From contig OZ253438.1 of NCBI GenBank assembly GCA_965261025.1, forward strand, positions 1,290,001 through 1,322,000: a stretch of 32,000 bases of DNA, given 5' to 3'. Below the pieces are notes generated by a model. That model was not told the DNA's origin. It ran no database searches and saw nothing but the letters and a program-made list of their open reading frames with translations. The position numbers were made by a program, and so were the translations under genes. Position 1 is the stretch's first letter, and every line of letters starts with the position of its first letter. Positions 25,836 to 32,000 of the stretch are shown here, in pieces. The DNA comes from Chlamydiales bacterium (lineage in GTDB: Bacteria > Chlamydiota > Chlamydiia > Chlamydiales > SM23-39).

Positions 25836-26680
25836 GAATCTTTCCCCCAATTTTTTCCATCTAAATGAGTCACAAAAGGCCCCTCTCCATAAGATCCGTA
25901 CAAGAAGACCCCAAACTCTTTGTATTTATTAGGGTCTTTTACACAAGCATTTCGGATGGGGTGTGCTAGCTCCCATTCCATAGCAATGGGTCTATTTCCC
26001 ACTCGAGGGAAGACAAAAGTCTCGTAGTACTTTTTAGAGGTTAGGTGTTCATGGTCAGACCAGTTATAAGAGATACAAAGAGGAATATGAGAAGGACCTT
26101 CATAAGGAATGGCTGCTACTTGCGCTGTTCCATAAGGTATATTTTTTGCGCGAGTAAAGTGAACGTATTGGATAAAGGGGTTTCTTTCCATAGAGCTCAT
26201 AACTCCTTCTAGGTCCAAAGGTTTTTCCAAAACAAAATCATGTTGATGGACAAAGATAAAAGGAGTCTTTACAAAAGAAAGAGCCTCCCTTAAAGCCCCT
26301 GTTAAGTGGCCATGCTCTTTCAAAAAAACCAGCAAAGTATTCTTAAAATAGGGGCTCTCTTCTATAAGTTTTCTGCACCCTTTCTTATACCCCTCGTAAG
26401 CCGTTTTTAAGAAAACTCCCTTTCTCATTTCTAATGAGTAGAACTTTTTAGGTGGCTCATCAAAAACAATAATCTTTGGCATACTCTCAAAGCCAGGCTG
26501 CTGATACCAACTTTTAAAGGAGGTTTCTAAAAGCTCTGTACTAGGATGGCCAGGAACGGCGCTAGTATTGGTAATAAACGTGATTCGAGAAGAAGAAGAG
26601 TCTAGAGTGCCGTAAGTTTCTACGTTAATAGAAAACCCCGTAGAGAACCCTAAAAAGAATAAAAAAAGAAAAAACTTCAT
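25832..26680 (-). CDS. Secreted/anchored protein of unknown family, possibly a GT-A-fold (GT2-like) glycosyltransferase with a non-canonical QHD in place of DxD
   Basis: Signal peptide MKFFLFLFFLGFSTGFS. The layout resembles a GT-A fold: ITFITNTSAVPGHPSTELLETSFKS (beta1/alpha1), PKIIVFDEPP, HGHLTGALREALSFVKTPFIFVHQHDFVL (equivalent to N.G...ARN.G...A.G.YI.FLD.DD). GGAG SD lies 5 nt (catt-a spacing) upstream of the ATG. Family assignment is weak. Confidence 0.4.
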   Translation of the reverse strand: MKFFLFLFFLGFSTGFSINVETYGTLDSSSSRITFITNTSAVPGHPSTELLETSFKSWYQQPGFESMPKIIVFDEPPKKFYSLEMRKGVFLKTAYEGYKKGCRKLIEESPYFKNTLLVFLKEHGHLTGALREALSFVKTPFIFVHQHDFVLEKPLDLEGVMSSMERNPFIQYVHFTRAKNIPYGTAQVAAIPYEGPSHIPLCISYNWSDHEHLTSKKYYETFVFPRVGNRPIAMEWELAHPIRNACVKDPNKYKEFGVFLYGSYGEGPFVTHLDGKNWGKDS

Positions 26681-26901
26681 AATGCTCCGAATTTTTTTTT
26701 GCAGAGGTTGTATTTCTTTTTTCCTTTTTCAGTCAATTCTTTTTTACCTGGTAAATAGGAAGTTCTTTTCAATGAATCGGATTAAAGTAATGAGGAAAAA
26801 AAGCAGAAAACCAGTAAATAACTTCGTTTTCCCTTTTTTCAAAGAGGGGGGAGTTGACTTTTTTTTCAGAAAAAGTCTTTTTAAGAAAAAAGGATAGAAA
26901 A

Positions 26902-27762
26902 ATGGAGGAAGAAACCCCTATTCGGGGAGTAGTTTATGGTATCTTTATGGCCTTGGCTTATTCCCTCATGGCAATCTTTGTAAAACTTACCAAAGACACT
27001 CCGAATCAAGTTATCGTATTTTATCGCAGTATGATAGCTCTTTTTTTTATCTCTCCTTGGCTTTATAGGAAGAAAAACGAATTAGGAGGAAGGAAAAAGT
27101 ACCTTTACTGGATAAGAAGTTTATCAGCACTTTTTGCTGTATATTGCTATTTCTATAGCCTAAAGCACCTTTCTTTGTTAAACAGTATCCTCTTAGCTAA
27201 CACCGCACCTCTTTTTGTACCTTTAGTTATTTGGCTTTGGCTAAAAAAAAGAATTGCTACAAAAAGGATTCTTTCGATTTGTATAGGATTTCTGGGGGTA
27301 GTTCTCCTTTTGCAGCCCACTTCAAAAGGATGGGGCTTAGCTACCCTTATAGGGTTGGGGACAGGCCTTTTTTCCGCTATTGCCCTTGTAGGGGTAAGGC
27401 AATTAACCAAAACAGAAAAACCTCTTTCGATATTGTTTTATTTCTTTCTCCTTTCTGCTTTTCTCTCTTTTTTCCCCTTCGTGATAGGAGGGGAGCTTTT
27501 CCCGGAGAAGGGAGAAAGGCTCTACGTCTTAGCTACTGGCCTTATGTCAATAATCTATCAGTTTTTTATTACAAAGACCTATACCTCCCTCCCTCCCTCC
27601 AAGGCAGCGGGCTTTTTGTATCTTAGCCTAGTTTTTGGAGGCTTTTTCGACTGGATTTTATGGGGTAAGTTATTCACCTACAGTACATTGCTTGGGGTTA
27701 TTTTTGTAGCTGTGGGAGGATTTTTGACTCTTTATGAAAAGCCTAAGATATTTTTCAAATAA
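26902..27762 (+). CDS. EamA/DMT-superfamily transporter (10-TM, two EamA repeats)
   Basis: MEEETPIRGVVYGIFMALAYSLMAIFVKL..., typical EamA helices and the NTAPLFVPLVIWLWLKKR mid-protein junction. The ORF track starts at TTG 26854; the ATG at 26902 is preferred. Transcribed divergently from the GT operon. Confidence 0.8.
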   Translation: MEEETPIRGVVYGIFMALAYSLMAIFVKLTKDTPNQVIVFYRSMIALFFISPWLYRKKNELGGRKKYLYWIRSLSALFAVYCYFYSLKHLSLLNSILLANTAPLFVPLVIWLWLKKRIATKRILSICIGFLGVVLLLQPTSKGWGLATLIGLGTGLFSAIALVGVRQLTKTEKPLSILFYFFLLSAFLSFFPFVIGGELFPEKGERLYVLATGLMSIIYQFFITKTYTSLPPSKAAGFLYLSLVFGGFFDWILWGKLFTYSTLLGVIFVAVGGFLTLYEKPKIFFK

Positions 27763-27887
27763 TTTTTATATATTAATATAATATTAAAATAATTATTATA
27801 TATTTATATTTAATAAAATAGTTTATTTTTAATTAAATTTTTATTATAATATTTCTTGTTATAGAAAATTATAAACAAGGAAATTTT
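27763..27887 (+). promoter_or_regulatory. Extreme A+T tract plus an imperfect palindrome overlapping the SD of the downstream gene
   Basis: nt 27763-27854 contain a single G and no C by my reading. cttgtt (27855-60) pairs with aacaag (74-79) around an A/T loop. The aagga SD at 27877-81 overlaps the right arm. ATG is at 27888. Confidence 0.45.
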
Positions 27888-28430
27888 ATGTCTAACCAAT
27901 TAGAAATAGCAAATCAAGTGGCTCCAAGCTATTTGGAGAGAGCTTCTTGGGGTCTTACAAGTGGGGCATGCCGAGCGGGATATACGCTTTTACCTGAAGT
28001 AAGAGAAGGAGTTTCTTATAAAAATATAGCAAAGGTAGCTGTATTAGGATACACTACTCTCCAGCTTGTTGCTATAGCTGCCATCGCTTTAAAATATGCC
28101 GCCTTAGTTGGGGCTTTTTATCTAGTTATGAACTCTTATCAAAAACAAAGTGCAACCAATCGTGTAATTCAAGACGTACAGGGTCATTCCCAAGAGCTTG
28201 TAGGAAATATAAACAAAATCATAGAACTACTAACTGTGAGGTTTGGTCTCATAGCTGTCTCACCTGCTCTTCAAGCTATCCAAGAACAATCAGAAAAGGT
28301 AATAGAAGAAAAAGAAAAACTAGAAGAAGAAAACGAAAAGTTAAAACAACAAATAAAAGAATTTGAAAATAGAATCTCCCAACAAAGAGACCTTTCTAAG
28401 ATTCTTTCTGCCGGATTTTTTGTTCAATAA
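27888..28430 (+). CDS. Hypothetical membrane protein with a bilobed hydrophobic domain and C-terminal coiled coil (Inc-like)
   Basis: VAVLGYTTLQLVAIAAIALKYAALVGAFYLVMNSY forms two hydrophobic lobes split by a short turn. The C-terminus EKVIEEKEKLEEENEKLKQQIKEFENRISQQ is heptad-like. This architecture is typical of chlamydial inclusion-membrane proteins; no sequence homologue was recognised. Confidence 0.45.
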   Translation: MSNQLEIANQVAPSYLERASWGLTSGACRAGYTLLPEVREGVSYKNIAKVAVLGYTTLQLVAIAAIALKYAALVGAFYLVMNSYQKQSATNRVIQDVQGHSQELVGNINKIIELLTVRFGLIAVSPALQAIQEQSEKVIEEKEKLEEENEKLKQQIKEFENRISQQRDLSKILSAGFFVQ

Positions 28431-28441
28431 GAGTAAAAAAG

Positions 28442-29479
28442 TCAAACTAGAGATTCAAGAAGAAGAGAAAAATCTCCTTTTTTCTCTTCTTTTTTTTGTG
28501 TTCCTAAAAAAAGAATTTTTTCTGAAAGAGTTTCCAGGCCCTCTTCCTTTTCTGCGGAGATAGGATAAAGGGAAAGAGTTGGGTATTTCTCGAAAAAGAG
28601 TTTTTCCCAAGACTTGGATTCCGGAAGATCGATTTTGTTTAATGCTACCAAAAGGGGTTTTTTTAGCACCTCTGGATTATAATGAGAGATTTCCTTCTTT
28701 AATTTCTCAAAGTCCTCTAAAGGGGATCTTCCTTCTCTTGCTGAGATGTCCAAGACAAACACCAAGGCAGAAGTTCTTTCTATATGCTTTAAGAAAGAAA
28801 GTCCCAAACCTCTATTTTCATGAGCTCCTTCAATAATTCCCGGAATATCTGCTAATAAAACCTTTTGATATCCCTTTTGATAAAAGCCTAAGTTGGGAGT
28901 TAAGGTAGTGAAGGGATAAGGAGCAATCTTTACCGGAATGTGGGTCAACTTTGACAAAAGGGTAGATTTTCCCGCATTAGGCATCCCCACAAACCCCACG
29001 TCTGCAATAAGCTTAAGCTCAATTTCTATCTCAAGAGATTCCCCATCAGTTCCTTCCGTGCAAAAATCAGGAGACCTTCTTTGGGCATTTTTGAAGAAAG
29101 CATTCCCTTTGCCCCCTTTTCCTCCCTGGCAAAGAAGGTATTCTTGCCCTTCTTGCGTAAAATCAAAAAGCAACGTCTTGGAATAGGCTTCCCTGACGAC
29201 TGAGCCTATAGGAAGAAGAAGACACAAATCCCGGCCAGATTTCCCCTGCTGAAGGGAAGGTCCCCCTTGAGATCCTTTTTCTGCTTGAATCACCCGGGTA
29301 TTTCGAAACTCTTCTAAAGAATAGACCTGAGAAGAGGCCTTTAGCAGAATAGAAGCTCCTTTGCCTCCATTTCCTCCAGATGGGCCTCCTTTGGGAATGT
29401 ATTTTTCCCTCCGCCAGGCAACGGTACCATTTCCTCCCTTTCCTGCGAAAAGCTTTAGTTTGATCTGATCGACAAACAT
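28442..29479 (-). CDS. obg: GTPase Obg/CgtA
   Basis: Obg fold MFVDQIKLKLFAGKGGNGTVAWRREKYIPKGGPSGGNGGKGASI. G1 GMPNAGKST, G3 DIPGIIEGA, G4 NKID. Confidence 0.95.
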   Translation of the reverse strand: MFVDQIKLKLFAGKGGNGTVAWRREKYIPKGGPSGGNGGKGASILLKASSQVYSLEEFRNTRVIQAEKGSQGGPSLQQGKSGRDLCLLLPIGSVVREAYSKTLLFDFTQEGQEYLLCQGGKGGKGNAFFKNAQRRSPDFCTEGTDGESLEIEIELKLIADVGFVGMPNAGKSTLLSKLTHIPVKIAPYPFTTLTPNLGFYQKGYQKVLLADIPGIIEGAHENRGLGLSFLKHIERTSALVFVLDISAREGRSPLEDFEKLKKEISHYNPEVLKKPLLVALNKIDLPESKSWEKLFFEKYPTLSLYPISAEKEEGLETLSEKILFLGTQKKEEKKGDFSLLLESLV

Positions 29480-29497
29480 ACCTTTCGCCTCAAAAGA

Positions 29498-29755
29498 TCA
29501 CGCTTTTTCAGAGGGGAGAACTGATACCAAAGTCTTTTTTTTCTTTTCAAAGTGAACCTTTCCATCAATTTTTGCAAAGATAGAAAAATCCCTACCCAAT
29601 CCTACATTTTGAGCAGGATGCCATTTGGTGCCAGTTTGTCTTACAATAATACTTCCCACCGTGACAAACTCTCCTTCTGAGGCCTTGATTCCATGCCTTT
29701 TAGAGTGAGAATCTCTTCCGTTTTTCGTCGAGCCCTGTCCTTTCTTATGTGCCAT
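29498..29755 (-). CDS. rpmA: 50S ribosomal protein L27
   Basis: [24 protein letters not shown]...[28 protein letters not shown] matches L27. Confidence 0.96.
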   Translation of the reverse strand: MAHKKGQGSTKNGRDSHSKRHGIKASEGEFVTVGSIIVRQTGTKWHPAQNVGLGRDFSIFAKIDGKVHFEKKKKTLVSVLPSEKA

Positions 29756-29759
29756 TTAT

Positions 29760-30071
29760 CTAACCTTCTTGGATTTCTGTAATTTGAACACGCAAATACT
29801 TTTGTCTATGTCCCACTTTTCTTCGATAGTTTTTTCTTTTTTTGTACTTGTAGGTGATCTCCTTGGGTCCTTTTGTCTGTTGTAAGATTTTTCCTTCTAC
29901 CTTCACGTGGGAAAGGTAAGGCTGGCCTATTTGCGTTCCTTTATCGCTATGCAAGAAAAGAACTTCTTTGAAAGAGATAGTGCCTTCTGTCTTTTCCATG
30001 AGATCAATATCTATGATATCGTTTTTAACTACGCGGTGCTGCTTGCTGCCCGATTTGATGATTGCGTACAT
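29760..30071 (-). CDS. rplU: 50S ribosomal protein L21
   Basis: MYAIIKSGSKQHRV...YKYKKRKNYRRKVGHRQKYLRVQI matches L21. Lies directly upstream of rpmA. Confidence 0.95.
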   Translation of the reverse strand: MYAIIKSGSKQHRVVKNDIIDIDLMEKTEGTISFKEVLFLHSDKGTQIGQPYLSHVKVEGKILQQTKGPKEITYKYKKRKNYRRKVGHRQKYLRVQITEIQEG

Positions 30072-30123
30072 TGCCTGCCTCCCATTAGAGGCCCTCCATG
30101 ATAGCGAAAAGTCTTTGCTAAAG

Positions 30124-30951
30124 TCAATAAGGCTCTCTTTTTCTTTCTATAAACTTTTTTTTACCTAATAGGACAGTAAGATAAAAAAAAGAGCAGACAA
30201 GAGCAATGGTTGCTCCCACGGGAAGATCGAGATAGAAAGAAAAAACTAGGCCCAAAAAAGAAAAAGCCATAGAAAAAAGAGAGGAAAGTCCCATCATAGT
30301 AGGAAGTTTTTTGGTAAAAAAAGAAGCCGTCATGGGAGGGAGTGTTAAAAGAGCCATCACTAAAATAATCCCTATAATCTGAATTAAGATTACGATGGAT
30401 AAAGCCACTAAAGTTAGCAAAAAAAGAGAAAGGCTTTTTACAGGAATTTTTTGTAGTTTTGCTTCTTCTTCATCGAGAGAAAGAAGGAGAAAAGGACTAT
30501 AGAAAAGGCTTATCGAGAAGAGAAGAAAAACATCTAAAAAAAAAAGTTGCCATAAGTCTTTAGAAGAGATCCATAAAATGTTGCCAAATAAAAAGTGGCT
30601 CAACTCTACATTGTATCCAGGAGTGAGCGAGATAAAAATTACCCCTATGGCCATACCAGTAGACCAGATAGAGGCTATAATGGCGTCTTTTCTTTGCTTG
30701 TATTTCAAGTGTATCCATCCCATCAAAAGAGCCGATAAAATAGCCGCTAAAAAAGCCCCATAAATAGGCTCTAAAAAGGAAAAAGAAAAAGTTCTGGAAA
30801 GATACAAAAAAAGCCCCATCCCACCCAAAACAGAGTGAGCTATACTTCCACTTAAAAAAGCCATTCTTTTAATCACAACATAAGAGCCTAAAACTCCACT
30901 TGCTAGAGAGGCTAAAACAGAGGCTAAAAAGGTTACAAGAAATACACTCAT
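30124..30951 (-). CDS. Metal (Zn/Mn/Fe-type) ABC transporter permease, ABC-3 family
   Basis: 275-aa polytopic protein with ZnuB/MntB/TroC-like segments (GSIAHSVLGG; ILVMALLTLPPMTA). 4-nt overlap with the upstream ATPase gene. Confidence 0.85.
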   Translation of the reverse strand: MSVFLVTFLASVLASLASGVLGSYVVIKRMAFLSGSIAHSVLGGMGLFLYLSRTFSFSFLEPIYGAFLAAILSALLMGWIHLKYKQRKDAIIASIWSTGMAIGVIFISLTPGYNVELSHFLFGNILWISSKDLWQLFFLDVFLLFSISLFYSPFLLLSLDEEEAKLQKIPVKSLSLFLLTLVALSIVILIQIIGIILVMALLTLPPMTASFFTKKLPTMMGLSSLFSMAFSFLGLVFSFYLDLPVGATIALVCSFFYLTVLLGKKKFIERKREPY

Positions 30952-31646
30952 TTTCCCTTATCTCCTAAAGGGTGATACAGCCCTAAAGTAAAATGTTTGC
31001 ATAAACTTTCTTTAGAAAGGGAGGTAACTTTTTTATTTATACACAAAAAAGTCTCTAGGTAATCTATTGCTGTTTTCCAGTCATGAGTGATAACTAAGAT
31101 GGTCTTTTTCCCCTTGAGGCTTTCTAAGAGTTGGAAGATTTCTTTTTTTGCAGAAAAGTCAACATTGGCAGTAGGTTCATCGAGTAAGAGGATGTCAGGA
31201 TCAGCAAGTAGAGCTCTTGCCAAAAGAGCCTTTTGAAATACTCCCCCAGATAAAGAGCCTAAAAGGTGGTTTTCGTAATCTCCTAATTGCAGGATACGTA
31301 AGAGCTCTTTTGCTCTTTTCTTTATAAAGAGAGGATATCTACCAAACCATTTTGAGAGAAAAGTGGCTCCCGTTAAAATAAAATCAAAAGTAGTAATAGG
31401 AAAATCCTTATCCAAACGCAGATTTTGAGGAACATAGCCTACTTTTAAAGAGGGGGGTAAAAAAAAATCTCCTGAAGAAGGAGATAAAAGTTGGGCTATT
31501 AAACGGAGAAAAGTAGTTTTTCCTCCTCCGTTGGGACCTATAACTCCTATGAAAGAGCCTTTTTCTACCTTTAGGTTAACCTCTTCTAGGGCAGGAGGGT
31601 TATTTTCATAAGAATAAAAAACTTGATGGAAGGAAAAGGCACTCAT
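30948..31646 (-). CDS. Metal ABC transporter ATP-binding protein (ZnuC/MntA-like)
   Basis: Walker A GPNGGGKTT, signature LSGGVFQKALLARAL, Walker B ILLLDEPTANVD, H-loop ITHD. Confidence 0.92.
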   Translation of the reverse strand: MSAFSFHQVFYSYENNPPALEEVNLKVEKGSFIGVIGPNGGGKTTFLRLIAQLLSPSSGDFFLPPSLKVGYVPQNLRLDKDFPITTFDFILTGATFLSKWFGRYPLFIKKRAKELLRILQLGDYENHLLGSLSGGVFQKALLARALLADPDILLLDEPTANVDFSAKKEIFQLLESLKGKKTILVITHDWKTAIDYLETFLCINKKVTSLSKESLCKHFTLGLYHPLGDKGK

Positions 31647-32000
31647 AGTTTGCTCAAAGTTTTACTAAAATCTTCCATCATTTCTAGATAGTTTTCACTA
31701 TAAGGATTGATTTCCTCTATAGGAATTTCCAGCTTTTGAGCAATGTAAAGAGCTCCCTTACTGGGGTGTTGCGGCATAGTCACTACCAAAGCGGGCTTTT
31801 CTTGTTTTAATTTGGATAAAAGGGTAATTATTTGTTTTAAAGAAAGCTCCTTTCCTTCCCATTCCAAGGAAAGCTGTAAAAAATGATAGTCGTGACAAAA
31901 ATAGCCAAGAGCAGGATGGGAAGCTAAAAGCACTCTTCGAGAAATAAAAGACGTTCTCTCCCGAATTTTTTGATCCAACTTTTCTAATTTTAGTAACAGA
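31643..32000 (-). CDS. Periplasmic metal-binding protein, cluster A-I (ZnuA/TroA-like). C-terminal part only; the gene continues beyond the window.
   Basis: The reading frame stays open from 31978 to nt 32000 (LLLKLEKLDQKIRERT...). HPALGYFCHDY and VVTMPQHPSKGALYIAQKLEIPIEEINP resemble the second lobe of TroA/ZnuA-family proteins. 4-nt overlap with the ATPase gene. Confidence 0.8.
   Translation of the reverse strand, partial: LLLKLEKLDQKIRERTSFISRRVLLASHPALGYFCHDYHFLQLSLEWEGKELSLKQIITLLSKLKQEKPALVVTMPQHPSKGALYIAQKLEIPIEEINPYSENYLEMMEDFSKTLSKL

Noticed and set aside
26682-26897. 71-aa plus-strand ORF in the divergent intergenic region
   Set aside because: It is a T-run-driven Phe-rich translation of a promoter region. 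It would overlap the EamA 5' end and has no SD or motif support.
12186-28441. Classification of the accessory segment as a mobile element or genomic island
   Set aside because: No integrase, transposase, recombinase, terminal inverted repeats or duplicated tRNA 3' end could be found by eye. It is reported only as an accessory segment adjacent to a tRNA.
27153-28836. Internal or overlapping ORFs 27153-27410 (-), 27231-27626 (+), 28363-28563 (+), 28579-28836 (+) and 28938-29186 (+)
   Set aside because: They are alternative-frame or antisense readings of the EamA, Inc-like and obg genes, which have clear family signatures.

Overview
The window looks like a chromosomal segment from a member of the Chlamydiota, probably an environmental Chlamydia-like organism; the species cannot be identified from the sequence alone. 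It splits into three parts.

(1) nt 1-12185 is conserved core. It holds a condensed S10/spc/alpha ribosomal-protein cluster (rplB through rplQ, with secY and rpoA) in the chlamydial arrangement: no rpsN, rpmD, infA, rpmJ, rpsD, adk or map. This is followed by gap (GAPDH), a small basic/acidic protein in the position of Chlamydia CT504/GrgA, and tRNA-Leu(UAA).

(2) nt ~12.2-28.4 kb is an accessory segment. It contains:
- a class I SAM methyltransferase;
- a 2511-aa autotransporter with a very Gly-rich N-proximal region and nested tandem repeats (843-nt super-repeat x4, 192-nt sub-repeat);
- on the minus strand, a co-oriented string of three N-terminally signal-anchored, eukaryote-type glycosyltransferase homologues (a GT-A-like orphan, a lysyl-hydroxylase-3/PLOD-type GT domain, and a POGLUT1/Rumi-like GT90 enzyme), followed by an NTT/TLC-family nucleotide transporter and an MFS transporter;
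- a divergently transcribed EamA/DMT transporter;
- an Inc-like membrane/coiled-coil protein behind a ~99% A+T tract.

(3) nt 28.4-32 kb is core again, all on the minus strand: a metal-type ABC importer (binding protein truncated by the window edge, ATPase, permease), then rplU, rpmA and obg.

The most interesting candidate for an undescribed system is the glycosyltransferase operon with its flanking transporters, possibly linked to the giant adhesin. All family assignments come from motif recognition by eye and from recalled reference sequences. No database search was run, and domain boundaries are approximate.
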